From assembly GCA_016748015.1 (NCBI GenBank), contig JAAOMT010000046.1:892697-956696 (forward strand): a stretch of DNA of 64,000 nt. Reading direction: 5' to 3'. The notes under the pieces were generated by a model that was not told the DNA's origin, did no database searches, and saw nothing but the letters and a program-made list of their open reading frames with translations. The translations under genes and the position numbers were made by a program. Positions 23,884-35,350 of this stretch are shown here, piece by piece (within the stretch, counting starts at the first letter, position 1; the number at the start of each line of letters is the position of its first letter). The DNA is from Geosiphon pyriformis uo1 (Eukaryota; Fungi; Glomeromycota).

Positions 23884-25268
23884 TTGACAAAAGAATATAT
23901 AAAGACATGGTAGATGTGACAGAAGAGATTAGAAAAATGGAAATCACTGACAATATCTACTTGCTAGCACAACAACTCTTCCAGTTAATTCAAAACCAAG
24001 AAATGGAAATTACAATTAATCAATGAACAATTTTTTACAAAAATACATCAAAAGCTTTACCATATAGAATACAAAAAAAATCTGAAAGTATGGTCGACAA
24101 AATAATTACCAAAGTAAAATTGGCCATAAAAAAACAACAAATAATCAGATTACAACAAGAATTGACAAAAGAAACCTGGAATTAGTAGATACAACAATTG
24201 CCAAAAAACTATTGTTATTTTTACTTGGGATAACACATAAATATCCAGAATTTATATTTGGATAAAACAAAGTGATTATTCAACACAAAAATACTACAAC
24301 AATTAGAACATTTTGTGAGAAAGAACAACCTATTCACACAGGCCCAAGCCATATACCAAATACATACAACATTTCAGGATTGACNNNNNNNNNNNNNNNN
24401 NNNNAAACAAAAAAAAAGACATGATAATCAACTACCAGACAAACCAGTTGAATTCAAGATTGGAGACAAAGTACTCTTACATTATATCAAAGTGGAAAAA
24501 CAATGGAGTGGAAAATTTGACCCCAAATGGAATGGACCATTTCACATAGAAGAAATTCTAGGGAATAGAGCTTACAAATTAAGACTGGATAACAAAATTT
24601 TAACCAAAGCAGCACATGGAAATCGACTGAAATCATACCACAACATTACACCACCATTCATCAGTAATATTCCACAATTAGGAGTACAAAGAATACTAGT
24701 CCAACCAGATGAGATTCCACAAGATCTGGAACCAATCATTATTATCAATAACAACATGTCTAATTAATTGACAAAAGAATATATAAAGACATGGTAGATG
24801 TGACAGAAGAGATTAGAAAAATGGAAATCACTGACAATATCTACTTGCTAGCACAACAACTCTTCCAGTTAATTCAAAACCAAGAAATGGAAATTACAAT
24901 TAATCAATGAACAATTTTTTACAAAAATACATCAAAAGCTTTACCATATAGAATACAAAAAAAATCTGAAAGTATGGTCGACAAAATAATTACCAAAGTA
25001 AAATTGGCCATAAAAAAACAACAAATAATCAGATTACAACAAGAATTGACAAAAGAAACCTGGAATTAGTAGATACAACAATTGCCAAAAAACTATTGTT
25101 ATTTTTACTTGGGATAACACATAAATATCCAGAATTTATATTTGGATAAAACAAAGTGATTATTCAACACAAAAATACTACAACAATTAGAACATTTTGT
25201 GAGAAAGAACAACCTATTCACACAGGCCCAAGCCATATACCAAATACATACAACATTTCAGGATTGAC
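23521..25268. other. Exact 864-bp duplication (23521-24384 and 24405-25268) around a 20-N gap; probable scaffolding artefact
   Basis: The copies look identical and abut the N run at 24385-24404, while every genuine repeat here is visibly diverged. Confidence 0.9.
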
Positions 25269-25444
25269 CAGAAATCTTACTCAACAAAGTAATGGATATG
25301 GTTACCAGTAATCAATTAGAAAAGATTACCAATGCTCAATTTGAAGAATTACAGATTCAAATAGCACAAGTAATTCTCGAAAACAAAATTCAGGAAATAT
25401 TTCAAGAAGAGGAATTAACAGAGTTAGATTTTAATAGAGCTTAA
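24821..25444 (+). pseudogene. Element A ORF3, unknown helical protein
   Basis: MEITDNIYLLAQQLFQLIQ...AIYQIHTTF...KITNAQFEELQ...LDFNRA*, directly before the PPT. Confidence 0.7.
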
Positions 25445-25448
25445 TATT

Positions 25449-25463
25449 AAAAGGAGGGAATAA
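25449..25463 (+). promoter_or_regulatory. Polypurine tract of A
   Basis: AAAAGGAGGGAATAA immediately before the 3' LTR. Confidence 0.9.
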
Positions 25464-26341
25464 TGTTACTTATAGAAATATAGGGAATATATATTAGCAT
25501 AGTTATTAGCCAATCAGAAGTAGACATAGTAAAATGTGGAATTCCAGAATTTCTCTCAGGAATTACAGGATTCCAGGAATTACAGGATTCTCACAAGGAA
25601 TTACAGGATTTCAGAATTCCAGGATTCCTCTTAAAGGAATTGCAGGATTTCAGGAAGCCCAGAATTTCTGTTGTGAAGAATTGAGAAATTGAGGAATTTC
25701 AATTATGTATATATAGCAGTAGGATTAGAAGCTGAAAAAACAGACCTCTCAGTTTAGATTTAATCTAAGAAACTCTCCAAATCACAATCATCTAATAAAT
25801 AACTATTTGTTATTTCAAATCCATTTCCACTATCAACATGAAATGTTGATAGTAATTGACACTTAACCACATTGGAACAATAGCTCTTGATTATGGCTAT
25901 TAATAGAAGACTAACTTGTAAATTGCCTTGGCTTATTTTTTTTTTTTCTTTATTTTTTTTTCTTTTTTTTATTTTCTGTTTTGATTTTATTGTTGTTTAC
26001 TAACTCTATTGAGGATTAATACATGGGGCACTGACATCAAGATAAACATGACTGGTAAAAGACCCAGAAATAAGGGTAGAACACTCAATTAAGAATAGCT
26101 TACCAGGAGGAATACCAGCCATCAAGCTGAGAAAGAAATTGACAAAACTGTAGTTTTGGGAAACTACAGATAAAACTATTACCATTGAATCTCTGTCCAT
26201 TATACAAAGAACTCAACCAAACTCTTCGGATACAAAACCTTCAGATACCAAATCTTCAGATTATTGACAATGAGAATAGTTTTGAGCACCAAGTTATGAG
26301 TTTGTTATTTAATCCAACATCAGAAATTGCCACCTGTAACA
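25464..26341 (+). repeat. 3' LTR of element A
   Basis: Direct repeat of 5672-6530, followed by TSD GTAT. Confidence 0.96.
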
Positions 26342-27110
26342 GTATCAAATGTACTTTTCAGTTATGTTTTATTCAATAATTTTCAAATGCTGCAATTACA
26401 TGTTTTAGGAAAAAGATAAAGAATAACCAACAAGTAATTTTTTATCTCAAGATGTTCAGATACTTAAAGATAAAAAAAGAGAAATTAGTAATAAAAAAAT
26501 AATTAAAATAAAAGTTGTTATTTTATTTATTTTCTTTCTTTGATTCTTACATGCTTTTTTACAGTTAAGAGATTTATTGTTTATATAGCTATCAAAAGTA
26601 GTCAATAATCAAGTTAATGATTACTTTCTAAAAATAGAGTGGCTAATTATATAATATTAGTGGCTAATACATGTAATAATTAATAAGAAGTATAAGTTTT
26701 AATCATAATACCATGATCAAGAATTATTGGTTTAATGTAGTTAAGTATTAAATTTTATCAACATAGGTTGTTGATAGTGTAAAAGTAATTAATATTTTTT
26801 AATTAAGTAATAATAATATGAATTAGATAGTAATAGATATTTTTATTGATATAAATATAATTCTACTTTAAGTTATAAAAAACTATCTTTTAAAGAAAGA
26901 GATATTTAATAATTATTTGTTTCTAACTACTGTTTTGTTTTTTTTTGTTTTTAATACTTTTACTATATACAGTAAACTCTCTTTATAATCACACTTTTTG
27001 GTCAGCATATTTGTGGTGACTATAAAAAAATGAAACTATAAAAAATAATTAATATCTTATCACATAATCTATATATTACATGCATAATATAATAACCAAT
27101 TATATATATT

Positions 27111-28608
27111 TTATTTAAAAAAGCCATCTATTTGCAACTGTTTTTTCTTTTTTTGAACTTTGAGAACAGTATTACAAATTAATGTTCTCAAAGTTTTAAA
27201 AAAATCTGAATCAATTTTTTCACTATACTGTTCTTTTCAATAGTGCAATGTATCTTCAAGTGCAGTTTTATCTTGATGTGTAGATAGCAAAGACAAAAGT
27301 TCATCTTTATCTTCACTTTCTAAATCTTCATTTGCATTAGAATTTCCACTATACTTGTTGTTAATAAGATCTATAATTTCATTCTCTAAGACATAAGTAA
27401 ATAATGATTCAAACTTGTACTTTTTGTAGAAGTTCTTGTTCAATATCTAATAGATGGGCTAGCATTTGACTATTATTTAGAATTTCCATATGATGCCAAC
27501 AGTTTTGGATTGTAGTTGTTGTTACCATTGACCATGCATTAATTAGAAAGTCAATCACATCCTTTAATGTTACTGTTAATATTAGAATCTTGTCATCATA
27601 CTGATTAATAAGATAGAAAAGAAACAACTTTCAGTATTGTGCCTTAAAGAATACAATAATTCCTGCATCTAATGATTGCAAATAAGATGTTGTATTGGAT
27701 GGTAGGTATCTAATCATAATATTAGATAATATGAAAGGTTTTCTACCATGAGAACCAATATTATCAAGCAATAGCAAAATCTTTTTTTTTTTGCAACGCA
27801 TTTTTTTATTTAATAAATTAAGCCATTCACTAAAAATATTGGTTTGCATTCATGCTTTTGTATTGTAACAATAAGTGATTGGAAGTGTATTTATATTAAT
27901 ATTGTAAAAACATCATGGCTTTGTGGCTTTGCTAATAATTAAAGGCTGTAACTTGATGCTGTCTGTTGCATTACAAGCAAGAAGTATGGTAATTCAACTC
28001 TTATCACACTTGGTGCCAGAGGTAGATCTTGTTGCCAAAGTTGCATTTGGTGGTATTCTAAAGAATAATGCTGTCTCATTAGCATTATAAACATCATTTA
28101 GATCATATTTGCTAATAATCTTACGCAGTTTCTCTCATTCCTCTGGTAAAATTTCCAAGAGGACATTGTTTGCTTTATCATGTATCTTAATATGGTGCAA
28201 ATTATGACATTTTTTGAACTTTTCTAACCAATTATCTGATGCTTTAAAGTTATTTTCTTCCAGAAACTTTTCAGCAAACTTGAGAGCTTTCATTTGTAAA
28301 ATTTTTCCAGTAAGAATGCAGTTGGTAGCTAGTGCTCCAAGCATCCATTCTCCCAGTGCATCATTTATCTTCAGAAACATTTCTTTTTTGTCCTTTGTCA
28401 ATTAACCAGAGTTGCCAGATACATTTTTTTTAATTCATTGGTCTGATTTCATAAATATCTTTGTTACAGTGGAGTGGTCAACCTTTAGATTAAATATTTC
28501 AATAAGTCTATTTGCTGAGTAGTCAGGATGCTCTAGTTTGTACTGACAGAAAGTCTTTTTAGTCTCCAAAGAGATTGCTGCTTACTTTTGGTTCGTGTTT
28601 TTTGACAT
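27111..28608 (-). pseudogene. pogo-family transposase (CENP-B HTH plus DDE_1), decayed
   Basis: FKASDNWLEKFK, YNANETALF, LLLLDN..SH, LPSNTTSYLQSLDAGII; C-terminal QLQIDGFFK*. Confidence 0.92.
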
Positions 28609-28774
28609 GTTAATAAGAACACACTTTTTATTGCATTTTGCTTTTATAATGCATTAATGTATCTGTTATGTCTCAAACATCATTTTGCCTTATATCTAAT
28701 TAGACATGTGAGATGTTTTATGTCATATGAGGTGCTTCAAATTATAAAAAGCAGCCAAATTATAAAAATAAAGG

Positions 28775-28975
28775 TTTTAATCCAACTGTAAGATTCTAAG
28801 TGCAAATGACAGATTCTTAGTAAAAAGAAATTTAATTTTGATAATGCATCTGTAACACTTTTTGCCTCTTACCCCCAACTGATGATCAATAATAAAGGCT
28901 GTCAATTTGATCTTCTGCATACTTGCATAATTGCATAGAAGATAGCACAATGTTATGTTGTCAAGCTTATCATTA
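28775..28975 (-). pseudogene. Captured fragment resembling the N-terminus of tRNA(Ile)-lysidine synthetase (TilS, PP-loop)
   Basis: NDKLDNITLCYLL reverts by A>G changes alone to SGGLDSMALCYLL; then KLTAFIIDHQL and, after a frameshift, EAKSVTDALSKL...RILQLD. Confidence 0.55.
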
Positions 28976-29019
28976 TGCACAAATGATCAAAAAAAACTTT
29001 CCTTGACTTATATTAGTTC

Positions 29020-30130
29020 TGAGTGCTCTTCATGAAGAGATAAATATGCTAAAAGCATTTATTGAACTAAATTAGAATATTGATATAAAATACTTTACAC
29101 AATGTTAGAAATATTGGAGTGAAAGTCAACTGCAGTTTTTTAAAAAATGTCCTGATCATCATAAATTGTGGAATTCGATATGTAATATATATAAGCATGT
29201 AATGGCTTCCAAATTAATGTGGCCATATGTTGTTTCTAAGAAAAATCTATCTGTTGAAGGTTACTTAAAATGAACCCAAAATAAAACAGATCTCATGTTC
29301 AGGTTAAAGTATGAACAAGTCTTTTTTTATTTACAAGCAATTATTAACTTTATCACTGGAGTTTGTTTTAATAGGTCTTCATTAAGACTTGTGGCTAGAC
29401 AAATATTTGTACCAATTTGGTCTGCTCAGTGCCATCATATTTACCAATTAATTGAAATTGCTAATGAAAAACAATGGCTATGATTAAAGCCTGAAGTTTG
29501 CAAGCTGATTTAAGAAAGAATTGTAATTTCTCAATCTAAATTTTCAAATCAATATCAAGGCCATGATACAATACTTGAAGAAATTAACAAAATGCTTAAA
29601 TCATTAATTCCTTCTACACCTTCACAATAGCATTGAGAAATTGCAGTGCATAATTGTATCAAATTTAAGAGATTGTATACTAACCTCTTTAATGTTATCA
29701 AATATTCTAAAAGTAAAATATACAGGTCTTATACATGTCCTAGCTTTATTGCTAAATCAAATTGATTTCGAGTTCAGATAAAAAACACAGTTTGTAAATC
29801 CAAATGTCTCTAATTATGTTTTTCATGATATTGGTCATAAATGAATATTTAGCAAAGAAATGAAAAAATTCAGTAAAATTGCACAGATAAAAAAAATAGA
29901 CTTTCTTAAAGCAAGGTGAATTAAGAAAACATTGTTAGGTACTTGAAAACCAATTCCAGTAACAAGTGAAGAAACAAATTATCAAAAAATGTAAATCTGT
30001 TAATAAAATCACAACTATTATCTATTATTAACTTTTTAATACCTCTTTTAAGTGATCATGTTTTCAAAGCTTATCAAGTTAATTGTGTAACAGCCTAATA
30101 AATATTCTTCAAGAAATTAGAAATATATTG
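29020..30130 (+). pseudogene. Captured coding fragment, possibly DUF6589-like or transposase-related
   Basis: Long decayed frame: KCPDHHKLW...LQAIINFITGV...PIWSAQCHHIYQLI...QYQGHDTILEEINKMLK. The family call is from memory of the D-x3-E-x2-N-x3-K motif. Confidence 0.45.
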
Positions 30131-31413
30131 TATTGTGTATAGTTTTGTTTATATTGGATTGGGTGCATTACTATTTATAATTAGCATTTTTAAAACATGA
30201 TATGTTAAGTCTAAGTCCAAATCTCCATTCTGCATAATTATGTTTGGATTATGAAAAGCATTTAACATGGATTTATTTGCCCCAAAAAAGTTGATTTTTA
30301 ATACATCTTTAAAACTTTCAGTCAAACTTTTGCTTGCTAATACTAAATATTGGTCAAATAATAAATATGATTGCTAATATGGAGCCTTTTTTTAATCATG
30401 GATGCCAAAGTTGGTGTGAAAATGTATTTATTGGGTATATATTGGAATCCTTATGCTCTGAGTTTTATTACTGATTACTAAAGAAAGATAAATTCGAACT
30501 CTGTTCTCAGTTGATTTTGCTTAAACAATGTGCCATTAACAAACTTGTTTTTGGAGGATCCCATTGGGTCATTATTCTCACTTGTAGGTCTGTTAATTCC
30601 TTCTCTCAATATAGAGAAAAAGTAATCTCATTAGCCAAAGTTTGATCCAGAGTAACTTTATTGATATCTGCAGCAACAGTCTCTAAAGCACTATCAATCT
30701 TTGAAGCATGATCAGTCTCCAAAGCACCAAGAGCAGCAGTACTGTATCATATGTTAACTATTATTAAAACTCTCATAATACTCACAAACAACAAGCCAGA
30801 TATAATAGTTCTATCATTGTCTTCTGATGGCAGTGGTGGCTTATAAAGAAGAAAAGTAATTGAATGTTGTAATATTTCAGAAATTTTGTTTAATGTTCAA
30901 CAATCATTTTCAGAAACTTCTCTAAATTTTTTTATTACCATAAAAAGAATAATTTCCATTGACAAATCAGAAAATCTTCTTGACTATACATGTCCAATTA
31001 AATATAAAATGACATCTAATGTTCATATCTAATATCATATAATTATAGTATGACTATAGAAAGTAGAAATTACTTATATTCTGCTATCATATTTGTGGAA
31101 ATAGGGACTATAAGGAGATATATATAGTAAAAGTAACTATAAGAAGATAATATTATATATAAATGGCTTTGGTTTTTAAAAAAATGTGATTATAAGAAGA
31201 TAGTGACTATAACCAAAAGGACTATAGAAAGAGTTTACTGTATATATTTTTTGTATTTTATAAGATTTTACATATTTCTATTTTCTTCTATACTACTTTC
31301 TAAAAATGTGCTCATTTTTAAAAATATGTTATAATTTCTTAAAAATGTATTTATTTGTTAAATACTATTTTCTTATTGATTTATTTTATAATCTGTTTTT
31401 TTTATAAGTAACA

Positions 31414-34400
31414 ATGAAAATTTCGAATTTAATATAATGTCTTTTGAACTCTGCAACACTCTCACTATCTTTTAGCATCTTATAAATGTTGTATATAAAA
31501 GAATTCTCTAAAAATCAGTAGTAGTATATTTAGACAATATTAATATATTTTTAAAAATATTCAATAATTATATGCTCTACTTTTAACAAGTTTTTAATTA
31601 CCTTTAGAACATCAAACTAAAACTTAATTCAAACAAATGCTTTTTTGAAAAAACCAAACTAAAATTTTTGAAACACATAATAAGTAAAGATGGAATAAAA
31701 CCAGATTCTAATAAGATTCAAAAAATTAAAAACTTTCTGATTCTAACCAATCTATAAGAATTAAAAAAATTTTTAAGATTAGTTAAATACTATTACAGAT
31801 TTGTTAAAAGCTTCTCTAATATTACAAAACCACTTTATTATCTGCTGTTGAAACATATCTCATATTTATAGAAAAAAAACAACTAAAAACTTTTAATTAT
31901 TTTAAACAACAACTAATAGAAGCTCTAATATTAATTTATTCAGATTTTAATAAACATTTTATCATTACTATAGATGCTTTGAAAAATACATTTGGAGCCA
32001 TTCTGTTACAAATTGAACCAAACAATTAAGAATATCCAATTGTTTATACTAGCTATAGCACTAATACAATTAAAAAAATATATAGTGTGACTAATTTAGA
32101 AAGTTTTATTATATATTGAACAGTCCAAATATGAAGACACTATTTCTATTAACTATTTAACCTATATACTAATTACAAAGAACTTATTTAATTACTCAAC
32201 AAACCACAACTTAAAAGAAAATATACACAATAAAGTATTTATCTGCAAAAATTTTCATACAAAGTACATTATAAAGAAGAAGCCAAAAACATTAATGCTA
32301 ACAATTTATTAAAAATATTGCAAAACTAATCTCAAACTCATAAACACAACTATTTATCACCAATTATATCAGTATTTATTAATACTTTAGTTTAAGAAAA
32401 AATTATCTCAATAGGAACAAAATGTTATATGAAAAAAAATCTGCAATTATTTTATTCAAAACAACTAATTATACTGTCAAAAATACCAAAACCACACTAC
32501 TTTACAACAAATTATAAAAAACAATAAAAAAAAACTGTTTTATATTGCATGTACTCTAATCTAATTGCAGGATATTTTAACAAAGATATTACTTTGAAAA
32601 AGACAATAAATCTATACTATTGACTAATAATATATAAAAATATCTTTAAATATATTCTTAATTATAACTTATGCCAATAAAAAAAAAACCAGAATAATAG
32701 AACCACTTTAATTTATTTCAGTTGGAAATTTCTTTGATATAATTAAAATCAATTTGGTTGGATCTTTTTTTATTATATTTAAAAAAATTATTATATTGCT
32801 ATAGCTATAAATTACTTTACTAAATAGCCTAAAGCCAAAACTATTTAAGTAAATACTAAACAGTAGCCAAATTTATATATCAAGATCTGATTTGTTAACA
32901 TAAATGTTTAAAAAAATTTTTATCTGACTAAGAAACTTATTTTGTTAATAGTATACTAATCAAACTAAATTAACAATTTAGAATAAAATAATTCTTATTG
33001 TTACTTTATTACTCACAAACAAACAAATTGATAGAACAATTTAACTAAATATTGTGTAATGTATTAGCAAAAAATAAGTTACAAAAATACACAAAATAAG
33101 ACTTATTTATATTTTCTATATTATTTACATACCAAACACTAAAGCAAAATACTATTTAGTTTATATTATTTAAACTAATTTATAAAAAAAAAGCCATTTT
33201 ATCTATTGAACAAAAAATATCTTTCTTTTTAACAGAAACAATTACTAAAAAAAATTTTAAAGCTACTTTGTATGAAAAAACATTAGAAAACAATTATAGA
33301 ATAGCAACTAACAATATTAGTAATGCTTAGAAATAACAAAAAAAAAACATAATAATTGTTTATTTAACCAACCAATTAAATTTAAAATTAAAAACTGAGT
33401 ATTATTACATTATATTAAAGCTAAAAAACAATAGAGTAAAAAGTTTGACTCAAAGTGGAATAAATTATTTTACATACACAAAGTTTTAAACAATGAAGCT
33501 TACAAATTATAATTGAAAAACAGAATTTTAAAAAAAATAGTGCATAAAAATTGTTTAAAAATTTATTATACAAACCAAAAATTATTATTATTTATATATT
33601 AACTAAGAACACAGATTTTATTAATCAGACCAAAAAATATATTATAAGATCTAAAACCAATTATTATTATCAAAACATAATTAATATATAACAATTTAAT
33701 TGAAAAATTTAAGTATATATAAAGATTAAAACAGCAAAAAAAAGAAGTTAATAGCATTTTTAATATGAATTTTTCAAATCAAATTCTAAGATTTTTAAAA
33801 CAACTATTTGAAGCAATTCAACAATTTACAATACCAATAAAAATCACAATTAATAGAAAAAAAATACAATACAAAAATTTGTGCAAAAAGAAATAAACAA
33901 AAGTTTAACAAAAACTGAATGTTTTTATTCTTATATCTAATTAAGAAAAAAAAAATATATGGTTGTATATGCTTGACAAAATTAAAAAAACTTTAAGTAA
34001 GTTAATTATGGAATTAATAATAGGAAAATAAACACCAAAAACCTTCAAAGTATAAAAAAAATCTTCTACTAGTATACTGATTCTTTAAAATTGGCAAAAA
34101 ACTTAATTTACAAATACTATATTTAGATATCAACAAACAAATATTTAACAAAAAAGCTCTAAAACAAATAGAAAAATTTGTTAAGAGAAATAATTTAATA
34201 TTGTACTACAAAGTAATATACTAATTGTATTCAACATTTAAATATTGTTTAGCAATACTATTAGACAATTTATTAAAGTTTATTATAGTTAACAACATAA
34301 AACAAATAACAAATACATAGTTTAAAAATCTATAAAAAACAATACTTAACACAATAATTGAATATTATATTGAAAAAACAATTTTTATTAATATATATAA

Positions 34401-35350
34401 TTTGCAGAAGCTCAATTCTAAAAGAAAAAAATAATATTACTTAAGTAAAAAACCAATTTAAATGCTATTAAAAAAACGTGATTAAAATATAATAACATAG
34501 AAAAAAATGTGATAATATAAAATAATACAGAATAACATATAATAATTCAGAATAATACAAAATAATACACAATAACAAAATATAGCACAAAATAATTAGT
34601 TATAACATAGAATAACTAGTTATAGTATAAAAAAACAAAACAACAATAGTAATAGTAAGCAATAATTAATAATAACAAATATTTAAAAACAATATTGTAA
34701 AATTAAAAAATATGTATAAAAACAAATAATTTTAGCAGAAAAAAAAAACAGACAGATAGAAAAAATACATATCTTTTTATTTATATTCTATAATTCTTAA
34801 ATTAATATTATCTATATTATATATTTATATTATTTCAAATAAAAAAAATATTCAAATCCAAATCACTTATACATAATTTACAAATTTTTGTATTTAACTT
34901 AAATTATTTATTTATTTTATCTTTATTTCTGGCCAGATGTTCTTAGTATAAAATGTTTTGAAACAGTAATAATTTGAACTAATTGCTCTTAATTATAGTG
35001 ATTAATAATGCTACTTTTTTGTTTTATTTTATTTTATTTTTCTGTTACTTATTTTTTTATAAAATGATAATATTGTAAAATTAACTGTTTAAGAATAAAC
35101 TTTATAATAGTCTGATAAAAAAAAAATTTTTTTTAAGATTGAATATTAATGTTATCTTGATAGCTTACTAAAAGAATGAAAAGACACTATTAGACTTTAG
35201 CAACTATACTTAATTGACTTAAAGAAAATAGTTTACTTATATAAGTAACAAACAGCCAAACCACTTTTTTGTGTCTTATAATTAAAGAATTTTATAAGTA
35301 AATTCATATTTATAGCAGACTTTTAAAAACTAATAATCCTAAAATACTGT
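31414..35350 (+). mobile_element. Degenerate gypsy element C (related to D): RT C-half, RNase H, integrase, ORF3 and 3' LTR from 34435
   Basis: Decayed NFEFNIM.., VYLDN, LKFLKHIISKDGIKPD; ORF3 MNFSNQILRFLKQLF at 33765; PPT then TATTACTTAAGTAAAAAACC, matching the D LTR start. Right limit is approximate. Confidence 0.85.

Larger units (their letters stand above)
5672..26341 (+). mobile_element. Ty3/gypsy LTR retrotransposon A (dUTPase-encoding), full length, interrupted by element B
   Basis: Paired LTRs TGTTAC...GTAACA; 4-bp TSD GTAT (5668-5671 and 26342-26345); PBS; PPT; domain order PR-RT-RH-IN. Confidence 0.96.
5394..26710. repeat. Degenerate solo LTR G (~640 bp: 5394-5671 plus 26346-26710), inserted in the E LTR and split by element A
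   Basis: Flanked by CCAT (5390-5393 and 26711-26714). Termini TATTAC...ATAATA fit decayed TGTTAC...GTAACA. Homology of E to the A LTR stops at 5393 and resumes at 26711. Confidence 0.6.
26970..31240 (-). mobile_element. Tc1/mariner-superfamily pogo/Tigger-like DNA transposon carrying cargo
   Basis: TIRs CAGTAAACTCTCTTTATAATC (26970) and GACTATAGAAAGAGTTTACTG (ends 31240); TA on both sides; subterminal GACTATAA repeats. Confidence 0.92.
26711..31413 (-). repeat. U3/R part of the element E 5' LTR (26711-26969 plus 31241-31413), split by the pogo element
   Basis: The minus strand starts TGTTACTTATAAAA at 31413 (A LTR starts TGTTACTCATAAAA). 26711-26780 matches A LTR 6036-6105. The pogo sits in the TATATA tract. 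Confidence 0.65.

Noticed and set aside
23521-25268. Tandem duplication of the integrase end and ORF3
   Set aside because: Identical copies directly flank a 20-N gap in an otherwise heavily diverged element; best explained as unmerged contig overlap.
24821-25444. ORF3 as an env gene, making these endogenous retroviruses
   Set aside because: Too short, hydrophilic, and no visible signal peptide or transmembrane anchor.
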